This document shows, in pieces, positions 42,424 to 50,739 of a stretch of 64,000 bases of DNA. Both the position numbers and the translations under genes were made by a program. The DNA is from a virus (lineage: Duplodnaviria; Caudoviricetes), in IMG/VR virus record IMGVR_UViG_2518645587_000001, positions 422 through 64,421 of that record; one strand, given 5' to 3'. The first letter of the stretch is position 1. Each line of letters starts with the position of its first letter. The notes under the pieces are model-generated. The model worked only from the letters and a program-made list of their open reading frames with translations, made no database searches and was not told the origin of the DNA.

Positions 42424-43758
42424 ATGAAGAAAATGTTGATTTCCCTCGTAGCCCTGGCTGCGATGGCCATGTCCTCGACGGCACAGGGCGCCAGTGCCTG
42501 CGTCGATAAAGCTGCGTTCTGCGTCAAGGTCGTAGGCGAACTGGTCCAGGCCCACGTCTGGAACTACGCCGCAAAGACTGGCCTGGTGCTGGGCCCGAAT
42601 AACCTGACCGGCCTGATCACCACCTTGTACAACGCGATGGACGTGGTCTCGCGTGAGCAGGTCGGCATGATCCCGGCCGTGTCCGCTGACATGACGTTCG
42701 CCCGCGCTGCCGTCGGCCAAGTCGTGACGTCGCCTGTCGCTCCTGCCGCAACCGCAACCGACATCACGCCAGCCGTGACTCCACCGAACGACGGCGATCA
42801 GAACATCGGCAACAAGTCGGTGACCCTGACCAAGGCGCGCCGCGTGCCGATCCGCTGGAATGGCGAAGAAAAGCTGGCACTGGATAACAGCGGCAACAGC
42901 TACAACATCATCCTGCGCGACCAGTTCGCCCAGGCCATGCGCACGCTGTGCAATGAAGTCGAATCGGACCTGACCGCGCTGCACGTCAAGGCCTCGCGCG
43001 CTTACGGCACCCCGGGCACCGCGCCCTTCGGCATTGCCAACGACCTCGGCGACACCGCCGGTGCCCTGCGCATCTTGGAAGACAACGGCGCCCAAGGCCT
43101 CGACTTCCAGATGGTTCTGGGCTCGGCCGCGATGCAAAACATGCGCGGCAAGCAGTCGGGCCTCTTCAACGTGGAGAAGGCCGGCCGTGAAGACATGCTG
43201 CGCGACGGCATCACCGATCGCTTGCAGGGGCTGGCGCTGCGCCAGTCCGCGCAGATCAAGCGCCCAGCGAAGGGTACTGCTGCCGGCGCCACCACCAATG
43301 CAAACGGCTACGCCTTTGGCACCACGGTCATCACCTTGGCTGCCGCCGGTACCGGTTCGTTCGTTGCGGGCGACGTGATCAGCATCGCCGGCGACCCTGA
43401 AAACAAGTACGTGGTTTCGTCCGGCGACGCCAGCTCGGCGGATGGCGGCACCATCACCATCGCTGCGCCTGGTCTGCTGCAAGCGATCCCGGCCGCTGCT
43501 ACCGCGATCACCGTCGCCAACGTCGCGGCGCGCAACCTGTTCTTCGCCCGCTCGGCAATCGTGCTGGCGACCCGTGTTCCGGCGCTGCCAGCGCAGGGCG
43601 ACTCGGCCGCTGACCGTACCATCATCACCGATCCGGTTTCCGGCCTGTCCTTCGAGGTCAGCATGTACATGCAGTACCGCCAGGTGCAGTACGAGATCGC
43701 GCTGGTCTGGGGTGTAGGCGCCGCGAAAGACGAGCACATCGGCATCCTGCTGGGCTAA
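42424..43758 (+). CDS. Major capsid protein (P22 coat-like family) with N-terminal extension
   Basis: NNLTGLITTLYNAMDVVSRE..., QFAQAMRTLCNEVESDL, GTPGTAPF, YMQYRQVQYEIALVWGV; ATG 42424. Confidence 0.85.
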   Translation: MKKMLISLVALAAMAMSSTAQGASACVDKAAFCVKVVGELVQAHVWNYAAKTGLVLGPNNLTGLITTLYNAMDVVSREQVGMIPAVSADMTFARAAVGQVVTSPVAPAATATDITPAVTPPNDGDQNIGNKSVTLTKARRVPIRWNGEEKLALDNSGNSYNIILRDQFAQAMRTLCNEVESDLTALHVKASRAYGTPGTAPFGIANDLGDTAGALRILEDNGAQGLDFQMVLGSAAMQNMRGKQSGLFNVEKAGREDMLRDGITDRLQGLALRQSAQIKRPAKGTAAGATTNANGYAFGTTVITLAAAGTGSFVAGDVISIAGDPENKYVVSSGDASSADGGTITIAAPGLLQAIPAAATAITVANVAARNLFFARSAIVLATRVPALPAQGDSAADRTIITDPVSGLSFEVSMYMQYRQVQYEIALVWGVGAAKDEHIGILLG

Positions 43759-43812
43759 TCCTTCAACATCACCCGGCGGCCGCCAAGGCGCCGGGCAACC
43801 TGCGAGAACGCA

Positions 43813-44184
43813 ATGCCAACCATCAAAGTCAAATCCACCCATCCGGCCACCCAGGGCGCTTTTGTCGTCATCGACAAGGCCGACTTCAATCCCGACGTGC
43901 ACGAGCTGTACGACGACGGCACCGACCAGGGCATGGGCGTCGTCGAGCGCGCGCCCCCCGTCGCCGAGCTGCAAGCCGCTCACGAGCGCCTGCTGGCGCG
44001 CGAACGCGAAATGGACGCCGAGCGCGACCGTCTGGCCGACCAAGCGCGCGCCAACGAAGCCGAAGCTCTGCGCCTGGCCGACGAGCGCGTCGCTGCCGAG
44101 AAGGCCGCAGCGGACAAGGTTGCCGCCGACAAGGCTGCTGCCAAGGCGGCCGAAAAGGCCGCAGCGGAATCCGCGAAGAAGTAA
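43813..44184 (+). CDS. Hypothetical head-associated protein with Ala/Lys-rich tail
   Basis: MPTIKVKSTHPATQGAFVVIDKADFNPDVHELY; AADK/AAEK repeats. Confidence 0.65.
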   Translation: MPTIKVKSTHPATQGAFVVIDKADFNPDVHELYDDGTDQGMGVVERAPPVAELQAAHERLLAREREMDAERDRLADQARANEAEALRLADERVAAEKAAADKVAADKAAAKAAEKAAAESAKK

Positions 44185-44251
44185 AGCACCACCAGCATCA
44201 CGACCAGCCCGCCGCGCGCGGGCTTTTTCAATTTCGCCACCGAGATAGCCA

Positions 44252-45130
44252 ATGTCCAACACCACCACGATCAAAGTAGGCGAGTCCGCCAAGACCATCA
44301 TGCTGTCCGAGGGCAAAGCGCTGGTCCTGACCGGCGCGCCAGGCACCTCCGGTGTGGCCTACCTGCTGGACCAGGCGCTCGGCGGTACCAACTCGCTGCG
44401 GTCGTGGACCGTCGGCGCGGGCGCTCTCGCGGCCATTGGCCCGTACGAAAATACCCAGAAAATCCACATTACCTGTTCGGCCGGCTCGATCGCCGCCACG
44501 GTGAAGGAAGCGGTGTTGACGATCTCGGCCACGCCGGCACCAACCGCGCCCGGACAGCCCGCCAAGCCCGTGCTGACCGCGATGGCCGGCGCCGTGAGCT
44601 TGGCCTGGACGCCCGGTGCCGCAGGCAGTACCGCGACCACCGGCAACATCTGGACCGACATCAACGGCAACGTGACGCAGTTGACCGCGAATCCACAGGT
44701 CATCACCGCGCCGGCTGGCACGCCGTACACCGGCACGGTGACCACGCTGAACGCGCAGGGCGCCGGCCTGGCATCGGTTCAGGCGGATGCGGTGACGCCG
44801 ACGGCCGCACCAGCTACGCTGCGCACGTTCGAGACATTCGATGTCGCTGGCAACAACACCAACACGTTCAACCGCGTGGCGGTGGCCGAGCTGGGGCGTG
44901 CCAGCCTGATTATCCGCAGCCCTGCCAGCAACACGGCACAGATCGCGCTGGGTTACCGCGATGCCGACAACCTCAACAATCCTAACCCCGATTTCAGCGC
45001 GCCCGTCCTGATCAACCCCGGCGAGGAAATGTTCAGTGACAACGACCAGATGCAGTACTACGCACGACAGAACGCCGCTACCGCCGTGACCGGCCAATTT
45101 GTAGAAGTCGAGAGAGTGATCACGCTATGA
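44252..45130 (+). CDS. Putative head decoration/fibre protein with FN3-like domain
   Basis: PTAPGQPAKPVLTAMAGAVSLAWTP...YTGTVTTLNAQGAG. Confidence 0.65.
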   Translation: MSNTTTIKVGESAKTIMLSEGKALVLTGAPGTSGVAYLLDQALGGTNSLRSWTVGAGALAAIGPYENTQKIHITCSAGSIAATVKEAVLTISATPAPTAPGQPAKPVLTAMAGAVSLAWTPGAAGSTATTGNIWTDINGNVTQLTANPQVITAPAGTPYTGTVTTLNAQGAGLASVQADAVTPTAAPATLRTFETFDVAGNNTNTFNRVAVAELGRASLIIRSPASNTAQIALGYRDADNLNNPNPDFSAPVLINPGEEMFSDNDQMQYYARQNAATAVTGQFVEVERVITL

Positions 45131-46377
45131 CCCGCACCGTCCGCGCAGCAACCCCCCGCGCCAATCCTCAGTACACGATGACCGGTGTCGAATACATCGC
45201 ACCGGGCGCATCTGTGATTGGCATTTCTAAAAACGGCGCTCGATTTTACGGCTCGACTGGCAACATCCTCAAAATGTGCCTGGATCTGGCCACAGCCAGT
45301 ACGCCGACGTGGACCAACGTTCATGATTTCACGGCCGAGGGCGTCACCAACCACACGGTGGGCGGCATCCACGAGATGTTCAACGGCGAGGTGCTGGTTG
45401 CCTGTACCAACGGCAGCGGTTTCTCGGCGCTGTACCTGTCCCTGGGCTGGTCAGCAAATCCTGCCACGGCCACGTGGACCAAGGTGCTGACCGCAACGAA
45501 CGGCATATTCAGCCCGCAATACTCGCTGACCGATTTCTGCTCGGGCACCAACGGCGTGGTGTACCTGATCGACTCCAATACCGCGCAGACGCTGGGCGGC
45601 GAGTCGAACGCAGCTACCGACGCAACGCGCGGCGGCTTCGGTATGCTCTCGACCGATTTCGGCAAGACCTGGACCAAGGTCTTCGACCTGGTGGCCTATG
45701 CGACGTCGCGGGGATTTCCGTACGCGTCCGGCCTGCACACCCACGGGAGTTGCTACGACGAGGTGGATGATCGCATCTACCAGATGTACGGCGATAACAC
45801 CGGCCAAGGCAAAGACGTAGCAGGCATTAGCTTTGCGCAGGTCGTGTACAGCGACGATCGTGGCGTTACGTGGAACCGACTGCCCAACCCCGCGAAATAC
45901 GACACCAATGCACCCAGCTCAGCGAGCACCATCCAGTACATCAGCGTGGCGCCTCTCGAAACCTGCGTACTGTTCAGCCCTGACGTCAACCAGCCAACCG
46001 CTGCCGTGATGTACCCGCGAGCAGGCTACCGGCAGTTGGGGGTAGCGCACATCAGCACCACGATTTATTACGGCGGTGTGAATGGCTACATGCAGCGCAC
46101 TGGCGTCGGCATTGACAAGCCGTTGTTCGTCGGCGGTACTGTCGTGCAGACTCAAACTGGCAGTCGCAAGGTGCAAATTCCGATGCTCCACCCAGGGCAA
46201 TCTGCATGGTCGCGCCTGGACTACGATATCCCGGTGCAGTCTCCCAACATTACCGGCTACGGGTTTGGCCGCGTGTTTGGCCCGTTTGCCAACAATCGAA
46301 TCGTAGCAACTTGCCGCCACAGCGTCGGCGGATCCGGTAGCACGTTGATGCGCGCAACGCTGGTAAACCCTACGTAA
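45127..46377 (+). CDS. Asp-box (BNR) beta-propeller protein, sialidase/glycosidase-like
   Basis: Asp-boxes STDFGKTW and SDDRGVTW; LHTHG motif. Confidence 0.7.
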   Translation: MTRTVRAATPRANPQYTMTGVEYIAPGASVIGISKNGARFYGSTGNILKMCLDLATASTPTWTNVHDFTAEGVTNHTVGGIHEMFNGEVLVACTNGSGFSALYLSLGWSANPATATWTKVLTATNGIFSPQYSLTDFCSGTNGVVYLIDSNTAQTLGGESNAATDATRGGFGMLSTDFGKTWTKVFDLVAYATSRGFPYASGLHTHGSCYDEVDDRIYQMYGDNTGQGKDVAGISFAQVVYSDDRGVTWNRLPNPAKYDTNAPSSASTIQYISVAPLETCVLFSPDVNQPTAAVMYPRAGYRQLGVAHISTTIYYGGVNGYMQRTGVGIDKPLFVGGTVVQTQTGSRKVQIPMLHPGQSAWSRLDYDIPVQSPNITGYGFGRVFGPFANNRIVATCRHSVGGSGSTLMRATLVNPT

Positions 46378-46386
46378 GGAACGCAG

Positions 46387-46905
46387 ATGCCCCTCATCAT
46401 CGAAACCGGCGCCGGCCTGCCGGATGCTGACAGCTATGCCAGCGTGGCCGAGGCTGATCGCCAGCTGGCCGCCTTGGGCGTGACCTACTGGGCGCCGCTG
46501 GATGAGTCCGACAAAGAAGTCGCGCTCCGCAACGCGACCCGGTTCATGCGTACGAACTACCGCCTGCGCTGGGCCGGCCAGCGCGTCCACCAGACCCAAG
46601 CGCTGGACTGGCCGCGCTACGACGTCTGCGTTGACGGGTGGCCTGTCCGCAGCGACGTCGTGCCGACTGAGGTTGTCAGCGCCTGCATCGACCTGGCGGC
46701 GCGGGCAGGGCGCGGCGAGCAGCTGATGCCCGATCTCGACACCGGCTCGAACGTCGTGAAGCGCGACAAGACCGGTCCGCTGGAGACGGAATACTTCCAG
46801 AACACGACCGAGGCGCGCGAGCGCTTCGTGGCCGTGGATGCCGCGCTGGCGCCGTTCTTCGGCGCGACCGGTGGCGCGGGCATGATCAAGTTGGTGCGCG
46901 GATGA
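46387..46905 (+). CDS. Head-tail adaptor (DnaT-like family)
   Basis: MPLIIETGAGLPDADSYASVAEAD...QALDWPR...VKRDKTGPLETEY. Confidence 0.8.
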   Translation: MPLIIETGAGLPDADSYASVAEADRQLAALGVTYWAPLDESDKEVALRNATRFMRTNYRLRWAGQRVHQTQALDWPRYDVCVDGWPVRSDVVPTEVVSACIDLAARAGRGEQLMPDLDTGSNVVKRDKTGPLETEYFQNTTEARERFVAVDAALAPFFGATGGAGMIKLVRG

Positions 46906-47276
46906 GCAAATACCCTGTGGTGCACATCGAAGGCTGCGCTGTGCACGAAAATACCTACACTTCCGGCGGCAAGGTTTGGACTGTCACCAACCTGGTGGCG
47001 CGCGCCAAGGACATCGAACCTTTCGATTTGCCGCTGGCGGCGATCTATGCGGGTGTCGATGTCTGGACGCCGACGGGTTCCGCCTACGGCATGGCCTTCC
47101 ACATGCGCCGCGCGCTGGACGTGGACACCAGTTACCCGATCATCCTCTGCGAAGAGGGCTTCATCATGGACGGGTGGCACCGCGTGCTGCGCGCGTTGAT
47201 CGACGGCAAGGCCACCATCAAGGCTGTGCGCTTCCCGAAGACGCCGCCGCATGATTACCTCCAGGCGACCACATGA
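46902..47276 (+). CDS. ParB/Srx-like small protein
   Basis: YPIILCEEGFIMDGWHRVLRA. Confidence 0.7.
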   Translation: MSKYPVVHIEGCAVHENTYTSGGKVWTVTNLVARAKDIEPFDLPLAAIYAGVDVWTPTGSAYGMAFHMRRALDVDTSYPIILCEEGFIMDGWHRVLRALIDGKATIKAVRFPKTPPHDYLQATT

Positions 47277-47647
47277 CCGACTACGCCAAGAAAGCGCGCG
47301 AGACCGACGGCAAGCTGCGCAAGAAGGGCGGCACGGTCACACTGCGCCGGATCGTGCTGGGCGACGACGATCCTGACACGGGCAAGCCCGAACAGACGAT
47401 CACCGACTTCGCGGCCGCCGGCGTCAAGTTCGGCTATGTGGCCGAGCGCATCGACGGCAAACTGATCCAGTCCGGTGACCAGGAGCTGTTGTTGTCGCCG
47501 CTGCAACTGACCGGCCAGCCGCTGCCGGAGCCGTCCACCGGCGACCTGGTGCTGATCAACGGCGCCAGGTTCGCCATCCACAACGTCGCCAAGCTCGAGC
47601 CGACCGACGTCGTGATCCTCTACACCCTGCAACTGCGAGGCAACTGA
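47273..47647 (+). CDS. Head closure/joining protein
   Basis: IDGKLIQSGDQELL; position. Confidence 0.7.
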   Translation: MTDYAKKARETDGKLRKKGGTVTLRRIVLGDDDPDTGKPEQTITDFAAAGVKFGYVAERIDGKLIQSGDQELLLSPLQLTGQPLPEPSTGDLVLINGARFAIHNVAKLEPTDVVILYTLQLRGN

Positions 47648-48045
47648 TGGCTGGATCCTTCAGCGCTGACCTGACCAACTTTATCCGCCACACTGGCGGC
47701 AACATCGACAAGGCGCACCGCATGGCCATCGTGCTGGTGGCGCAGGGCGTGGTGATGGGTTCGCCCGTGGACACCGGGCGCTTCCGTGGGAACTGGCAGT
47801 TCGGCAAGGTGCTGCCGCAGGGCACACTACCCACGCTCGACACCTCTGGCGCCGCCGCGATCGCGCGCATCGCCGGCCAGACGGTCGGCGTGAAAGCCGG
47901 CGGCGAGGTTTGGGTCGTCAATAACCTGCCGTACGCGGGCAAGCTCGAATACGGCTACAGTCAGCAAGCGCCCAGCGGCATGGTGCGCGTCACCCTGTCC
48001 AACCTGCCGGCGGCGCTGGAAAACTACGTCCGAGGCCTGCAATGA
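47647..48045 (+). CDS. HK97 gp10-like tail completion protein
   Basis: SPVDTGRFRGNWQ...NNLPYAGKLEYGYSQQAPSGMV. Confidence 0.85.
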   Translation: MAGSFSADLTNFIRHTGGNIDKAHRMAIVLVAQGVVMGSPVDTGRFRGNWQFGKVLPQGTLPTLDTSGAAAIARIAGQTVGVKAGGEVWVVNNLPYAGKLEYGYSQQAPSGMVRVTLSNLPAALENYVRGLQ

Positions 48046-48464
48046 GCAACAAGATCATCCGCTCCGCGCTCGAAGGTCACCTCAAGGCTTGGGCCGCCGC
48101 GCAGGTGCCGCCGCTGCCGGTGTTCCTTGAGAACCGGAGCAAGGTGCCGGCCACGGGCGAGCGCCACCTGCGTGCCGACCTGATGCCGGCGGAAACACTC
48201 GACCCCAGCCAAGGCGCGCAGCACCGGCGCTACCACGGCATGTATCAGGTGGGCGTGTTCCTGCCTGAGAACGAGGGCACCGGCGACGCCGACGATTTGG
48301 CTAAAGCCATCGAGGTGCTGTTCAAGTGTCCGACCGTTATCGCCAAGCTGGGCCTCAACGTCCGCATCATGCAGACGCCATCGATTGTCGCCTCGCGGCC
48401 CGACGGCGCCGGCTTCTGGATGACACCCATCACCATCAAATACTCGGCTGACGACTTCAGCTAA
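48042..48464 (+). CDS. Tail terminator protein
   Basis: YHGMYQVGVFLPENEGTG; position. Confidence 0.75.
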   Translation: MSNKIIRSALEGHLKAWAAAQVPPLPVFLENRSKVPATGERHLRADLMPAETLDPSQGAQHRRYHGMYQVGVFLPENEGTGDADDLAKAIEVLFKCPTVIAKLGLNVRIMQTPSIVASRPDGAGFWMTPITIKYSADDFS

Positions 48465-48530
48465 ACCGCCGCACATCGCACCATCCACCAGCGCCTTCGG
48501 GCGCTTTTTTTTCGTCCGAAAGGTTCTACC

Positions 48531-49709
48531 ATGCCTATTCAAACCCAAGTTCTGACCAAGGTCATCCGCAAGAAGGAGGCCGTGTTCGGCACGCTGGCCG
48601 GCGCCACCGGCGCGCGCGAGTTCCGCAAAGTCAGCGACAGCATCGCGCTGAAGAAGAACAAAATCCAGTCCGCCGCAATCCAGACCAACGCGCAGCGGCC
48701 GATGGCGCGCCACGGCGGCCGCACCGTCGACGGCAACATCGGCGTCGAGCTGGCCCTGGGCCTGATCGATTCCGAGCTCGCTTCGGTAGTGCGTCGGGAC
48801 TGGACGGCTGTGGGGCCGCTCACCAACCTGACCGTGACGGCCTCGGCCGCCGCGCCACACTTCGTCCGCGCCGCTGGCTCGTGGGTCACCGACGGCCTTG
48901 CCCTGGGCATGCTGGTCAAATTCAGCGGCTTCACCGCCGGCGCCGCTGCGAACAACGGCAAGCTGTACACGATCATCGCGCTCACCGCCACCGAGATCAC
49001 CGTGGCCGAGACGGTCGTGGCCGCCGCCAGCGCCGCGGCCATCGGCCTGACCGTACCTGGCAAGATTACCTACATCCCTGAGACCGGTCACACCAACGAC
49101 AGCTACACCATCGAGAAATGGTACAGCGCCGTGGGAGAATCCTACCGCTTCACTGGCCAGCGCGTGGCCTCTATCAACATCGGACTGGCTGCCGATGATA
49201 AAGTCTCGGCCGAAATCGCGTATATGGGCCAAGACCGCAAAAAAGATGTGGCACAGTACTTCACCAACCCCGCCGCTCCTGGCGGTGGCGACATGCTGGT
49301 CACGCCTTCTGGCCTGGCGATCATCAACGGCAAGGCCACCAAGGTCTGCACCAACTTCAGCCTCGACATCAACGGCAATGCGTCAGTTGGCAAGGTGGTT
49401 GGCGCGAACGTCACGCCGGACGTCTTCATGGACATGATCGATGTCAGCGGCCAGATCAGCGTGTACTACGAGAACGGCGAAATGGATGACTACTTCGACC
49501 AGGAGCAGGCCATCTCGCTGATCAACCGCCTCGACGATGGTATCGGCGGCGCGTTCGTCATCGCCATGCCGTACGTGAAAGTATTCGGCGGCGGCGAGTC
49601 GGGCGACAAGGAGATTATCCGCCAGTACGACTACACGGCGGGCCCGAATGCCGCTGGCACCGGCGCCGGCAAATCGACCATCCTGCTTCAGGATACCACC
49701 CTGGTGTAG
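48531..49709 (+). CDS. Major tail (tube) protein
   Basis: 392 aa; YTIEKWY, MIDVSGQISVYY; position before chaperone. Confidence 0.8.
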   Translation: MPIQTQVLTKVIRKKEAVFGTLAGATGAREFRKVSDSIALKKNKIQSAAIQTNAQRPMARHGGRTVDGNIGVELALGLIDSELASVVRRDWTAVGPLTNLTVTASAAAPHFVRAAGSWVTDGLALGMLVKFSGFTAGAAANNGKLYTIIALTATEITVAETVVAAASAAAIGLTVPGKITYIPETGHTNDSYTIEKWYSAVGESYRFTGQRVASINIGLAADDKVSAEIAYMGQDRKKDVAQYFTNPAAPGGGDMLVTPSGLAIINGKATKVCTNFSLDINGNASVGKVVGANVTPDVFMDMIDVSGQISVYYENGEMDDYFDQEQAISLINRLDDGIGGAFVIAMPYVKVFGGGESGDKEIIRQYDYTAGPNAAGTGAGKSTILLQDTTLV

Positions 49710-49839
49710 CCCATCCGACCCGGCCGCGCGCCGGGTTTTCATTTCGGCGCAAGCCACCCCAGCACGGACCGGACGCTGTCGCCTTCGTCGGCGCAGCGGC
49801 CGGCACCGGCACCTATTCATCCGACGAAAGGTTTTATCC

Positions 49840-50340
49840 ATGAACACCATCACCAACACCGAAACCACCGCAGTCGCTACCGCTCACAACGCCGCCACCA
49901 AGATCCTTGACGCTGGCTTCGATATCGCCCTGCTGCTGGCGCCCGATGCCAAGTCGATCGAGAAAACCTTCACGGTCAGCGTGCTGTTCGATGATGACGG
50001 TAATCACAAGGCCGGCTTCGAGATCGTGAGCAAGAACTCTACCCAATATCGCGATGTGATCCGCGCCACCTCGGTCAGCGCGATCAAGCGCAGCCAGACG
50101 AAAAAGGAGCAGATCGACGCCAAGACGGATGTTGGCGCCGGCACTCTGTTCGACCTGGGCGAAGACCGCAACCAGAAAATCGCTATGGCCGTGGTCGTCG
50201 GCCTGCCTGGCTTCGTAAGTGCTGGCCAGCCGGTACCGGTGACCGGCGAATTCCTCAAGGCCGTCTTCGACAAGTTCCCGACCTGGCAAGACGCCATCAT
50301 CGCCGCACTGGAAAAGGACGCCAATTTTTTGGCGATCTAA
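49840..50340 (+). CDS. Tail assembly chaperone G
   Basis: ATG 49840; ends WQDAIIAALEKDANFLAI with a slippery site. Confidence 0.75.
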   Translation: MNTITNTETTAVATAHNAATKILDAGFDIALLLAPDAKSIEKTFTVSVLFDDDGNHKAGFEIVSKNSTQYRDVIRATSVSAIKRSQTKKEQIDAKTDVGAGTLFDLGEDRNQKIAMAVVVGLPGFVSAGQPVPVTGEFLKAVFDKFPTWQDAIIAALEKDANFLAI

Positions 50341-50672
50341 AGCGGCAGCTGCTTGAGCACGCCGAGGCGTCGCTCAAGCTTTCGGCCAAGCAGAAAGACG
50401 GCAAGACATTGCGCTGGCACCTGGAGAAGGTGCTGGAGCAGACCGGCATCACGCCGCCGCAGCTCGACACCCCACCGATCCCGCATGAGTTGGTGCACGT
50501 CTGGGAATACTTCTGCCAGATGAGCGCCAAGCGCACTTGCGGCGCCATGGCAGCCAATCCCATTTCCGACGAGCAGGTGATGGCCTGGGAGCGGCGGCAT
50601 GGCATCCGCCTGTCGCCGTTCGAGGGCGAATGCGTCGACGCGCTGGACCAGGTTTTCCTGACTAGCGAGTAG
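50325..50672 (+). CDS. Tail chaperone GT extension via -1 frameshift
   Basis: T TTT TTG at 50325-50331; -1 frame open to 50672 (PPIPHELVHVWEYF). Confidence 0.75.
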   Translation, partial: FFGDLKRQLLEHAEASLKLSAKQKDGKTLRWHLEKVLEQTGITPPQLDTPPIPHELVHVWEYFCQMSAKRTCGAMAANPISDEQVMAWERRHGIRLSPFEGECVDALDQVFLTSE

Positions 50673-50739
50673 GGCGGCCGCGTGCCGCCTACACCGAATT
50701 ACCAGCCGCCCGCGAGGCGGCATTTTTATTGGGCCTCCC

